DNA from: Mobula hypostoma
Lineage: Eukaryota
DNA: 64,000 nucleotides
Direction: 5' to 3'
Assembly: GCF_963921235.1 (NCBI RefSeq)
Contig: NC_086104.1
Span: forward strand, 95,480,001-95,544,000
Part shown: one piece after another, positions 39,700 to 52,272 of the stretch
How the letters are laid out: every line of letters starts with the position of its first letter
How positions within the stretch are numbered: the stretch's first letter is position 1
The notes under the pieces: generated by a model
The model's database searches: none
What the model saw: the letters and a program-made list of their open reading frames with translations, nothing else
What the model was told of the DNA's origin: nothing
Program-made: the position numbers and the translations under genes

Positions 39700-40870
39700 A
39701 AAATAGTTCAAAGTTGGAGAATGCCAAAGCAGCTGCTAAGTTCTAGGTTTGGAAAATGGTGGTGCAGTGATGGTAAATTTACCAAATCTGCTGATGAGTA
39801 AGGTGACAATACATCAAAGAGAAGAGCTCAGGGGAAAAAAATTAATTTGATACTTGTATTACAAGCGACAAAAAGGAAATATGAGAACAATATCGCAAGT
39901 GAGAGTGAAATTATCAAAATGTCTTTTATAGTGATGCTAGTAAAACCAAGAAGTGGTGGACCCATTGAGTGATTAATTTCCATCGACATTTCCAGAGAGG
40001 ACAGGGATAACATTTCAACAGATTTGATGTTGAATCAGGGACAACGATTACAGAAAAATAGTGTGAACAAAATAATAATCCTCAGGGACAGATAGCATCC
40101 ATCCCAACAAATTCAAGGAAGAGAGAAAATTACAGATGCAGTAATCTTCCATTGTTTCTCATTTTGTAAATCAAATTAATTTACATTGTAAAATTGTATG
40201 TTACTCTTCTACTTAAAAAAGCCAGCTAATTTAGACCAGTAAACTCCAAATCTATTTTTGGAATATTACCAGAACATATAATTGAAGAAGGAACGAATGA
40301 GCAGTTTGAATGTCTGTAGTTGTTCAGACACAGCCAGTATGGACTTGTAAAGTTTAGATCATGTCATAAAACCAAAATGAAGATTTTGAGGAAGCGACAG
40401 AACTGGCGGACAGAAAATTATATATGAAGGTTATTTGTATAATCTTTCAGAAAACATTCAATAAATCCTTCAATGTAGGGCAAAAATTGAAGCTCAATTA
40501 TTGTTCCAGCTGATCAGGAAGGCAAAAAGTAGGGATAATTACTGATACTCTTGTTATTTGGACGTAACTACTGATGTTGGGCAATAATTCACCATTCAAA
40601 TTTGCTAACAATATAACGATGAGCAGCATTTTAACGAATCTAGACAGAGGTGTTAAATTACAAAGACATACTAACAGAATGCACAAATATGCAAATCTGT
40701 GACAATGTGGATTCCAATGTAGGAAAAGGTGAGGACTTAAATGAGAAACAAAGTACCTTCTAGATGGTGAAACCTTGGAAGAATGCGTAGGGTCCATATA
40801 GATGTAATGGACAGACAAAGAAAACAGTCAGGAAGACCAGTGGAATGGTGACACTTACGTCTAGTGGACG
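39700..40870 (+). mobile_element. Old, highly degraded CR1 ORF2
   Basis: NFRPVN, SQYGLV, FQKTFNK and YTNR remnants in CR1 RT order. Confidence 0.45.
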
Positions 40871-41239
40871 GGATGACAACGAGATACGAGACCATAAGTT
40901 TCAAGTACACTTATTTTTAAAGAATGCATAACCTATACAACCTTGAGATTTGTTTGCTCTTAGGTAGCCATGAAGCAAGAAACCTGAAAGAACCCAATTT
41001 AAGGAAAAAAAAGAATAAAAATAAAAGTAAAAGACCAAAATTAATGCACAAGAGAAAAGGGAAAGGAAGTCAAACAAACAATTGAAGCGAACAACAGCAT
41101 TCTGAAGCAAAAGCGAGTCCTCAGATTTGAACCCCGGAGCAGCCCAGAGTAGGCCCAAAGCCTCAGTTCATCATATTAGCGGGGCCGGAGCACAGCATCT
41201 GGGCATTCTTAGCCTCGGCGCCATGGAGATGACCATCAC

Positions 41240-41585
41240 AGAGATACAAGATATTAGAGCAGAATCTGGCCAATCGGCCCATCAAGTCTGCTCTGGCATT
41301 CAGTCAAGACTATATTTTTCGTTCAACCCCATTCTCCCACCTTTTCCCCATAACCCTTTAACCCCTCTTCTCTTGCCAATTAAGAACCTATCAATATCTG
41401 CCTTAAATACACCCAATGACTTGGCTTCCACTACCCTCTGTGGCAATCAATTTCACAGATTCACCACCCCTCTTATCTCAGTTTTTAGGGGACATCCCTT
41501 CATTCTAAGGCTGTCTCTTTGGATCCTAGATTCTCCTACTAATGGAAGCATCCTCTCCACATCCACTTTATCCAGGCCTTTCATA
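41240..41585 (-). mobile_element. CR1 3' end
   Basis: MKGLDKVDVERMLPLVGESRIQRDSLRMKGCPLKTEIR. Confidence 0.75.
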
Positions 41586-42197
41586 CCAGAGTAATGTAAA
41601 TTCCTGATCAGATGACCCATTAGTAATCTGTGTGATTTTGGGTACCACGTCTTAGGGAGGAGCCGTTGGTCTGGGATAGAGCACAGAGTAGATTTATCAA
41701 AATCATACCTAGACTCCAAGGGTCAATTTGCTTGAAAAGATTACATAACTGTTGTGTTCCGTGGAACTTGTAAGACTGTGCTGATTTGATTGAAGGTGTT
41801 AAGGAAGACTGGGGGTAGATTACAAGAACCATTCTCACTGGCTGTAAAGTCCAAGGCTGGAGGACATGTTCTAAAACTGAAAGCCTAATCTTTCAGATCT
41901 GAAATTATAAAACACTTTTACATGTGGAAAATGAGAGAAATGTGGGACTCTCTTGCACATTGACCATTGATGCAAAGTCAATTATTACCTCTAAAGCTGA
42001 GATTTATAGAGATATTTGTTAAGTAAGTGTATCAAATGCTGTAGAGAAAGGGTCAGTATATGGAGTTGAGTTATAGATCAGCCAAGATAAACGTGGTGGG
42101 ATTGATGGGCTGAAATTGTTTATTTAAATGCTAGGGGTCTTGTGGATCAAGAGGATGGACTTAGAGCCTGGATCAGAACATGGAATTACAATGTTGT

Positions 42198-42607
42198 AAT
42201 TAATGCCCCACCTCCCCTTCGTACCCCATCCATTATTTATTTATTTATTTGTTTGTTTATTTTTTTTTTTCTCTCTCTCCTTTTTCTCCCTCTGTCCCTC
42301 TCACTATACTCCTTGCCCATCCTCTGGGCTTCCTCCCTCCCCCTTTCTTTCTCTCTAGGCCTCCTGTCCCATGATCCTCTCGTATCCCCTTTGCCAATCA
42401 CCTGTCCAGCTCTTGGCTCCATCCCTCCCCCTCCTGTCTTCTCCTATCATTTCGGATCTCCCCCTCCCCCTCCAACTTTCAAACCTCTTACTAGCTCTTC
42501 CTTCAGTTAGTCCAGACGAAGGGTCTCAGCCCGAAACGTCGACTGTACCTCTTCCTAGAGATGCTGCCTGGCCTGCTGCATCCACCAGCAACTTTGATGT
42601 GTGTTGC
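42198..42607 (+). mobile_element. Short Penelope-type terminal-repeat insertion with 12-bp TSD
   Basis: Flanked by TTACAATGTTGT (42186-42197) and TTACAACGTTGT (42608-42619); CT-rich body; terminal gatgctgcctggcctgctg...tgtgtgttgc. Confidence 0.75.
42508..42545 (+). ncRNA. Minimal type I hammerhead ribozyme motif in Penelope terminal repeat (one core substitution)
   Basis: TAGTC-CAGACGA-A-GGGT-CTCA-GCCC-GAAA-CG-TC-GACTG: stem I TAGTC/GACTG, core CUGANGA with U4 changed to A, stem II GGGT/GCCC, GAAA, GUC cleavage triplet ending at 42540. Confidence 0.7.
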
Positions 42608-43554
42608 TTACAACGTTGTTGCCATTATAGAAACCTAGTTGCATGAGGAATAGGACCAGCAGCTTGATATGCTAGGATTTGTTGCGTCAGACGTGATAGA
42701 GAGGGGAGTGAAACAGGTGGAAAGGTGGCACTACTGATAAAGGAGACTACCACTGCAGAGACACTGAGGACACACTGCAGGGATCATCCGCTGAGGCATT
42801 TTGGGCCGAGTTCCAAAATCAGAATGCATTATACTGTAGGCCACCCAGTTTGTTGGAGGAACAAATATGTGGACACATTATGGGAAGGTTCAAACACAAC
42901 AAGTTTGCCAATACTTCCCAGTATCTAAGAAGTCTATATGGGATTGAATTTATTCAGTGCATCTGTGGAGAGCCCAACTATCGGAAAAAACATACAAGGC
43001 CTGGTTTGGGGAAGTGAGCCAGGTCCAGTGACATTTCCGATAGCAGGACAGCATTTTGGGGATGGTGACCACAACTCATGATGTTTTAAGATAGTTATGT
43101 GTAAGGACTAAATCAGATCTTGCGGGAAAATAAATGTGAGAATGTGTAAGGATTAAATCGGATCATGGGGGAAGGCAAATTATGACAGGATAAGGCAGAA
43201 TGTGCACAAGCAGGTGAATAGGAAGTCCAACAGGTTCCATGAAAAGTTGTTGGTGGAGAAGCTCACGGGGAATCCCAAGGCATTTTATATTAAGTAAAAG
43301 GAGATAAAGAAGGGGTAGGTGCTTGCAATGGGTTACCAGGAATAGTGGTGGAAGCATACAGTTTGGCTTTTAAATAGGCACATGAATATGAAAGGGATGG
43401 CGGGATAATACACAGGAAGGAGGGCAACTAGTGTAGACCGGCATCGCGGCCAGCACACCATAATGGGCCAAATGGCCCGTCCGGTGCTGTACAGCTCTAT
43501 CATATTGAATGGCGTTGAGTCTGTTCCCGTTTCTATGCTACTGTACATTTACAG

Positions 43555-43855
43555 AGACAAGTGCATAAAAAGGGCCCGAAGGGTCACCCCAACCACAATC
43601 TATTCCAGCTGCTACCGTCCGGGAAACGGTACCACAGCATAAAAACCAGGACCAACAGGCTCCGGGACAGCTTCCTCCACCAGGCCATCTGATTGATTAA
43701 CTCATGCTGACACAATGGTATTTCTATGCTATATTGACTGTTGTACACATTATTTATTGCAAATTGCACATTGCACATTTAGACGGAGATGTAACATAAA
43801 GATTTTTACTCCTCATGTATGTGAAGGATGTAAGAAATAAAGTCAATTCAATTAA
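43555..43855 (+). mobile_element. Rex/Babar-type LINE 3' end
   Basis: HPNHNLFQLLPSGKRYHSIKTRTNRLRDSFLHQAI, then AATAAA and tcaattcaatt tail. Confidence 0.8.
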
Positions 43856-44629
43856 AAAGACTCGCAATGCTGGTAACACACTGATTTGGAAATATATTGT
43901 TAATCTTTTTTATCACCACTGAAAATTATCTTAGAACTTTCTACCTGACAGTCTTGTATATCACTACCACCATAACCTCAGCATTTATAGAAGTAACTAA
44001 CTGCTGACTTTTCCAGGACTCTTAATTGGAAACCATGTCACTGATTCCTCTGCCCCATAGGTTAATTTAAAAGGAAGTATTTGCAGAATTGAATTATGCC
44101 ATATTTATGCTTGACATGATTCCCTTTTCACTCCTCTCTGTCTAATCCCATCAATATAATTTCTGTATATTATAGGAATCAAAGGATGTGAGGATGGTGT
44201 GGAAAAATGGTACTGAGGTAGAAGATTAGCTGAGATCTCATTGAGTGAAGGCGCAACTCTAAGGATCTATTCTTACGTTTTAATCCTTTCTCCCCTCATA
44301 GGTTTATTTGATTCATGTTAAATACAACTATGCTGTTCATCTAAATATCTTGTAAAGAAGTCCAAAATTTAACCACCCTCTTGGCCAGGTTGGGGCAATG
44401 AAACATTAGACTGGATTTTTCGTGCTGAAGTCTTTGCTGTGGAACTTGAAGTTCACAACATTCTGACACAGAGGAATACTCAGTGAGCCAGTTAGAGAGA
44501 GTGGTGAAGGAGCAGCAGATTATCTTGAATACACGTCAGCTTGGAAAGCGATTCAAGAGAATGGAGAGCTACTGACAGGCCCAGCAATAATCAATAACTG
44601 CAATCATTGATTTGGTTGAGAATATACAA

Positions 44630-45460
44630 GGCAAAGCTAGAAAATGTGCAGACGACACTAAAATTGGTGGTGTTATTGACAGTGAAGATGGTTATCAAGA
44701 ATTAAAGCGGGATCTTAATCAACTGGGTAAGTGGACCAACGCAAGGGAAATAGAGTTTAATTCTGATAAGTATTTGTGAAGACAAGTGAGGGCAGGACTT
44801 TCACAGCAAGTGACAGAGCCTTGGGGAATGTTGTAGAGCACAGCATGTTAAGGATACAAGTACGTGGTTCTCTGAAAGTGGATGTCACAGAGAAACAGGA
44901 CGATGAAGAAGGCTTTTGATCTGCTCGCCTTCATTGTTCCGGGCATTGATTATAGAAGTTGAGAAGTCCTGTTGCAGTTGTACAAGACGTTGATGAGGCT
45001 GCATTTCGAATGTTGGGTTCAGTGCTGGTTACCCTGCGAGAGGAAAAATGCCATTAAGCTGGTAGGAATGCAGAAGGCATTTACAATGACGTTGCTAAGA
45101 CTCAAGGTCAGAGTTACGGAGAAAGGCTAAGCAGGCAGGGACTTTATTCCTAGGAGAATGAGAAGTGATTTTATAGAGACGTTTAAAACCATGAGGGGTA
45201 TAAATAGGGTGAATGCACACAGTATTTCCTCTCAGGGTTGAAGAATCAAGAACAGAGGAACCTGAGGGGCAAAATTCTCATCCATAGGGTGGTCAGTACA
45301 AGGAACAAACTGCCAGAGCAAGCGGTTGAAACAAATAGGCAGGCACTTCAGCAACATTTAAAAGATACTTGGAAAATACATGGATGGGAAAGCTTTGGAG
45401 GGATATGGGCAAAACACAGGCAGCTGAGACTAACTTATATAGCATCTTGGTTGGCATGAT
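44630..45460 (+). mobile_element. CR1 LINE RT to 3' end
   Basis: ADDTKIGG...QFEFN, YKTLMRLHFE..VQ.W, IHRVVSTRNKLP. Confidence 0.75.
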
Positions 45461-46619
45461 GGCTCTACCTTCCCCTCTCTCTCCTTCATTGGTCCTGGGA
45501 TGTCCCCTGAGTTTTGTTTTACCTAAAGCTGGTACTTGCAGAGATTTGGAAAAGCGAGTGGGAGTTTCTAGTCCTGAGCCATTGGCACCTCATCAATTCC
45601 TTCTGTCTACCACTGGTGCACTGTGGGTGTGAATTGAACTATTTGCAACATATAAACAGGTAGCCACAGAAGTTCTCTGCAAGCACGTGACTTCTACCAC
45701 CAAGAAGGACAAAGGGCCTCTGCTTTAGGTTCACCTACAAGTGGCCACACCCTGGCACACTAGTTTGATAGCTGGGCTAAACCAGATTAGGGCAGCCCCA
45801 TATCCCAGTGAGATAGGGATATTCCTATCCTAGCATGCAAGGTCAGCTACAGCAGACTTGGTGGACGAGATCAACAGTGAGATGCAACGGCTAGGAAGGC
45901 AATTCTGCAACACTTCATAGAGAGTGAAGGGCATGGCAAGGCACAGAAGTCGTGGTGATCCACTGCAACCAAGGAAGGCCCCAGATGCGATGTACCATTA
46001 GACCCCAGACTTCCGAGATTGAGAGAGCGGAACTGCCCCAGTACAATGGCTTTCCCGCTTTAAAGCTCACCCGCACAGGTTTTCGCTATCATTGTTGGAC
46101 ACAACAGACAACAGATCATCAATGCTCACAAACCCAAACTGTGTAAACAAAATAAAGTTCTGAATAGATTTTATATACGGGTAGGTTTTTCTCAACCCAA
46201 ATCAGTTGTGTACATTTAAAGGTCTTGGAGCACTGATCTGTGCACAAAATCACCAAGTTGCAAGTGTAAAACTGTACTTCTATTTAATAAGTAAAAATAT
46301 CACAAAACAGGGTGTCCAAGCAACAATATTTGCTTTTATTCAAGCAGGGCACCAATAGACTTGCCTGAAGTGAGACCGAGGTACTGTGGTTATCCTCAGA
46401 AATTCAGATCAGCTACATGGTTGAAATATTTTTGTGATTACTTTTCTGCTTCTCAGTTAACTTCATGTTATGTTCTTCCATTGTGCAAGGGCACGGTTAG
46501 CACATCACTTCTACAGTGCCTGTGATCACTGGCTGAGGCAGCATCTGTGAAAAGAAAAGGAGTTAATATTTCAGGCTGAAGTACCCAAAACATTTTTCCT
46601 GGCTCTCCCAGAATACATG

Positions 46620-47775
46620 GTAAATTTATTATCTAAGTATATATACATATGTCATTACTTGAGATTCATTTTCTCGTGGGCATACTATAACCATAACAAA
46701 ATCAATAAAAGACTACACCAACTTGGGTTTTCAACCAGTGTGTAAAAGTGTGTAAATACAAAAAGAAATAAAATATTATAATAAATAAGCAATAAATATC
46801 AAGAACGTCAGAGAAAGAGTCCTTGAAGGTGAGTCCATAGGTTGTGGGAGTATTTCAATGATGGGCAAGTGAAGTTATTCCCTTTGGTTCAAGATCCTGA
46901 TAGTTGAGGGGTAATAACTTTTCTAGAACCTGGTGGTGTGAGTCTTGAGGCTCCTGTACCTTCTTCCGAATGGCAGCAGTGAGAAGAGAGCATATTCTGA
47001 GTGGTGGGGGTCCTTGATGATGGATGCTGCTTTCCTGCGACAATGCTCCATGTAGATGTGCTCAAAGTGGGGAGGGCTTTACCCGTGATAGATTGGGCTG
47101 TATCCACTACTTTTTGTTGGATTTTCCATTCAAGGGCATTGATGTTTCCATACCAGGCTGTGATGCAGCCAGTCAATATACATCCACCACACATCTGCAG
47201 TATAGATGTTTGTCAAAGTTTTAGATGTCATGCCGTATCTTCACAAACTCCTGAGGAGGTTGAGGTGCTGCTGTGCTTTCTTCGTAATTGTACTTAAGTG
47301 CTGGGCCCAGGACAGGTCCTCTGAAATGATAACACCGAGGAACTCTAAGTTGGTGACTCTCCCCACCGCTGATCCTCTGTTGAGGACTGGCTCATGGATC
47401 TCCAGTTTCCTCCTTCTGAATTCAATAATCAGTTCCTTGGTCTTGTTGGTATTGAGTAAGAGGTTGTTGTGGCACCACTCAGCCAGATTTTCAACCTCCC
47501 TCCCATAAACTGATTTGTCAACGTCTTTGATTCAGCCTACGACAGTGCTGCCATCTGCAAACCTGAATATGGCATTGGAGCAGAGCTTAGCCACACAGTC
47601 ATGAGTGCAAAGCGGGTAGAGCAGGGGGCTAAGCACACAGCCTTGTGCTGCACCTGTGCTAGTGGAGATTGTGGAGGAGATGTTGTTGCCAATTCAAACT
47701 GACTGCGGTCTGCAAGTGAGGAAACTGAGGATCCAATTGCACGTGGAGGAATTGAGGCCTAGGTCTTGAAGCATG
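46620..47775 (-). mobile_element. Rex/Babar-type LINE, ~1.15 kb 3' portion
   Basis: CILTGCITAWYGN...QKVVDTAQSITGKALPT; further upstream GAAQGCVLSPLL and FADGST RT motifs on - near 47550-47655. Confidence 0.85.
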
Positions 47776-49978
47776 GGTGCTGCCTGGCTTGCTGAATGCT
47801 TCCAGAATTTTCTGTAATTATCTCCCAAATTCTAGCTTCCATATGGAAAAATGTTCTCACAACATCCAGACTATTAAGACCTCTAGAATACATCTCAATT
47901 TTGGAGCAGCCATTGTGAGAGTGGTCAACCGAGTGGGGAGCTGAGGCTTTGGCTTAAGAGGTTTCGGTGTGAAGAGGCTGAGTAAGTGGCCCAGGTTTCA
48001 GGAGTGAGAGCGGATCTTTAAAGTCTTCAGTGAAAAGGTAAGGTCTTATTTTGTTGACTCAGTGTAGGCAGGATGGTAGTTAGGGCAGCAGAATTCTCCT
48101 GCTGCAAGTTGTGGGAAGTTAAGGAACCTCATAGGCTCCCAGTGTCTACATCTGTGGGAAGTGCATCCAGCTGCAGCTCCTGACTGACCAGGTAATGGAA
48201 ATGCAGCAAGAGTTAGATATACTCAGGATCGTCCAGGAAGCTGGCAGCTGTCAGAGATGATACTTCTACTGAGGAGGTCACACCTGAGATACAGTCTTCA
48301 GATAGATGGGCGACTACCAGGAGAGGGGGAGAAGGCAATCCGTTCAGGCTTCATCAGTGGCCATTCCTTCACTAGCAGGTATCCGTCCTCGGATATTGCT
48401 CAAGCGGCATTCCCTTTCAGGGGCTAGCAGCAATAATCAGATCTCTGGCACTGTCACCAGCTCTCAGGCTCAGTGGGAAAGGGTACAGTCAGACAGGAGA
48501 CTTGACAGAGGAGGAGACAAGCAGGAGGTTCTGTGGCCACAGAAGAGATGCCAGGACAGTGTGTTGCCCTCTGACAGCCAGTGCCAAGAATGCCCCCGAG
48601 CAGCTGCCGAAAACTCTCCTGCATCAAGAGGTTATGTACACGTTGGTACAGACGGATGAGGTAGAACTAGGGATCAGGTCGTGTAAAAGCAGTATACGGA
48701 GTTAGGTACAAAGTTAAAAAGCAGGACCACAAGGGTAGTGATCTGCTGATAATTACTGGTGCCACATGGTGGCGAGGGCTGAAATAGAAGGATAGGGCAG
48801 ATGAATTTGTGGCTGAGGATTTGTGCAGGGGGCGGGAGGGGCAGGACCATTGAGATCTCTTCTGGGGCAGAGGTAATCTATACAGGGGGAACCAGTTGCA
48901 TGTGAACCAGAGAGGGGCCAGTATCCCAGATTGGCAGGGTGAGGGTTGGGCGGGGTAGGTAGTGGATGGTGGGACTCTGAGCAGGACTAAGTCAAGGGAT
49001 AAAGCAGTAGCCAGTGAGAGTAAGTTTACTAATCACAATAGCAAGGACTCAGTAAAAGCAGACAATCTGCATTTATCTCAATACATGAGGTTTACCAGTT
49101 AAGGCAAACAAACCAAGAGCATGGATTGGTTCTCAGGACTGGGATGTTACAGCCGTAAGAGAAACATGGCTGAAAGAAGGGCAGGACTGGCAGTCAACAT
49201 TTCAGGGTACAGAAGCCAAAGAGTGACTAAGCTACAGGTAAGTAAGGAGTAGGTGATGCCTTTTTGATTAGGGAGGGTGTAACAGTAGTATTTAGAGATT
49301 ATATTCTTGAGGGATCATCCAGTGAAGCCATATGGGTAGAACAAGTAGGGGAGAGATGCTCTTGTGGTGCTGTTTCATAGAACCCCTTTCTCCCCTCCTC
49401 CTCCAACACACACACAGGTATATAGAGAAACTGCTCATAGCTGTAAGAATAATAGGGCTGTATTAGTGGGAGATTTTAATTTCCCTGGTATTGACAGGAC
49501 CACCCAGATTGTAATGGGCCTGGATGGGGAGGAGATTGTGAAATGCATTGAAGAAAGTTTTAAAACTAAAAGTTTCCAGAGTCAGTATATAGGGTTCTAC
49601 TTGAGAGGGTGCAATAATGTACGTCCTCTTAGGGTACAAGGCACAGCAAGTAATTGAAGAGGCAGTCGAGAAGCACTTTGGCTCAAAAGGTGATAGCTCC
49701 ACTATTTTTTAAATAGTGCTGGAAAATGATAAGCCAGATCCATAGGCTAGAGAGCTAAACTGAAACAGGGCTAACTTGTGGGGAATTAAGCAGAATCTAG
49801 CAGAGGTCAATGGGAGAGCCTGTTTGAAGGGAAAGGAATGAATGGGTGACCAGAAGCTTTCAAGAGTGTGATATCAAGTGTTCAGGAGCAACACGTTCCT
49901 GTTAGACTGAAGGGTAAACTGGACAAGTTTGGGGAATCTTGGCTGATGAATGTTATCGTGGCTCTAGACAAGAAAAAC

Positions 49979-51191
49979 TTTAAGATTTTGTGATCTATTT
50001 TTGGATAATTGTTTCATGTCTTTTTAACAATTATCTAATAAATATAATTTGCCCAGTTCCCACTTCTTTAGATATTTACAGATTAGAAATTTAAAAAATA
50101 CTGTTCTTCCTACCTTCCCGAATTTATATTCATCGGATATTTTGGAAAAAAATTTAAGTTTAGATCCTTTTCAGAAAGGTGTAATAGCAAACATTTATAA
50201 TATAATTATGAAAATACGTCCAGACGTAACTAATAAAGTCAAGAGTGATTGGGAAGGGGAACTTAAGATTACTTTACCTATTGAAAAATGGGAAAAAATT
50301 CAATTAGTTAATTCATCCTCTATATGTGCTAAACATGCGTTGATACAGTTTAAAGTAGTGCATATGGCTCGTATGTCTAAAGATAAATTATCTCATTATT
50401 ACTCTTATATAAATCCTATATGTGATAGATGTCACTCTGAGATATCTTCTTTAACTCATATGTTTTGGTCATGTCTTTTTTTAAAAAAATACTGGAAAAA
50501 TATCTTTGATATTACTGTACTTCAACTGTTTTGAGTATTGATTTACAACCCCACCCTATTACTGCAATTTTTGGTTTACCAATGATAGAACCAAATCTTT
50601 TAAGATCTTCAGCTCGTCGGATGACTTCATTTCTTACACTAATGGCCAGAAGATCCATTTTGCTGAATTGGAAAGAGATCAATCCCCCCACCCACATTTC
50701 ATTGGTTCTCAAACTGTGTTGTGTTTAAACTTAGAAAAAAATAGAAATGTTATTTATGATCCCTCTATTAAATTTGAAAAGACTTGGAGGTCATTTATTC
50801 AACACTTCCATATGATGTAATTTGACCTTCTCCAAACTTATTCTATTTCTTTTCAGTCTATGTTGAGGGGAGCGGAGTCAACGACACTAATGGTTCTTTT
50901 TTTTATGTTTCACAACAGCCCATGTCTTTTTTTTCTGTAGTTTAGTTGGTTAGTCTTGTTAGATTAGCTTTTTTGGGGGGGTATATATATTTTTTTTCTT
51001 TTTTCCTTTTTCATGTTAATTTGTTTATATATAATATTTGTATCCTGTAAGATTGGGAGGTTTAATATCCATGTACTAACTGGGTTTATATTTATATATG
51101 ATAATTACAATGTAATCCCAATAACTTTGTATGATTACTATGTTACGTTAATCTTTATCATTACGATACTAATAAAACGATTGAAAAAGAA
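49979..51191 (+). mobile_element. 5'-truncated L1-clade LINE with 13-bp TSD
   Basis: HFFRYLQIR...LIQFKVVH...PICDRCHSEISSLTHMFWSC (CCHC C-terminal domain); AATAAA 51171-51176; TSD AGACAAGAAAAAC at 49966-49978 and 51192-51204. Confidence 0.9.
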
Positions 51192-51344
51192 AGACAAGAA
51201 AAACAAGGAAGCATACATTAGGTTTAGATGGTCTAGGACAAGCAAACCCTTTGCTAAATATAAAAAGATCAAAAATGCACTGAAGGGCAAAATCAGGAGG
51301 GCAAACAGAGGGTATACGCTAGATCTGGCAGGTATTAAGGAAAT

Positions 51345-51649
51345 TGTGTTGGCGTGTGGCCAAGTGGTTAAGGCGTTCGTCTGGTGATTTGAAGGTCGCT
51401 AGTTTGAGCCTTGGCTGAGGCAGCGTGTTGTGTCCTTGAGCAAGGCACTTAACCACCCATTGCTCTGCGACGACACCGGTGCCAAGCTGTATCGGCCCTA
51501 GTGCCCTTCCCTTGGACAACATCGGTGGCGTGGAGAGGGGAGACTTGCAGCATGGGCAACTGCTGGTCTTCCATACAACCTTGCCCAGGCCTGCGCCCTG
51601 GAAAACTTCCAAGGTGCAAGTCCATAGTCTCACAAGACTAACAGATGCC
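51345..51649 (+). mobile_element. tRNA-derived SINE with CORE-like domain and 12-bp TSD
   Basis: A-box TGGCCAAGTGG, B-box-like GTTTGAGCC, gtgtccttgagcaaggcacttaacc (CORE-like); TSD TATTAAGGAAAT at 51333-51344 and 51650-51661. Confidence 0.85.
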
Positions 51650-51994
51650 TATTAAGGAAATCCCAAGGGGTTCTATAGCTATAGTAAAATTAGAAGGGTG
51701 GCTACAGAGGGAGCAAGTCTACCTACGTCTTGAGTCACAGGAGGTGTGCGGGTATTTTAATGAATATTTCACCTTGGTACTTGCTGAGGAGAAAGTCATG
51801 GTCGCTCAGAGATAAAGGAAACAAGTGGTGACGTTTTGGAGGATATTCAAATTAGGCATTTGGAATTTCACTGCACAGTAAGGTGGATAGATCCCTGGGG
51901 CCTGAGCAAGTGCATCATTTGACTACGTGGGAGGCTAGAGAGGAAATAGTGCAGCCACTTGTGGAGATCTGTCTTTTAGGGAAGGAATCCTGCT

Positions 51995-52272
51995 GTCTTT
52001 ACCTGGTCTGGCCTATATGTAACTCCAGACCCACAGCAACGTGGTTGACTCTGAAATGGCCTAGCAAACCATTCAGTTGTATCCAACTGTTAAAAAGAAA
52101 ATAATAAGGAATGAACCTGGACAGACAACCCCACATCGACCTACACCTCGGGGACTGCAGCGGTTCGAGAAGGCAGCTCATCACCATCTTCTCAAGGGCA
52201 ACTAGGAATGGGCAATAAATGCTGGCTTAGCTGACGACACTCACGTCCTGTAAATGAATAAATAAAAAAAAA
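51995..52272 (+). mobile_element. LINE/SINE 3' tail inserted in the CR1
   Basis: gggcaactaggaatgggcaataaatgctggc...atgaataaataaaaaaaaa tail. Confidence 0.5.

Noticed and set aside
51345-51420. tRNA gene (also ~59860-59931 on -)
   Set aside because: tRNA-like heads continue into SINE bodies; the first is bounded by a TSD. No convincing full cloverleaf.
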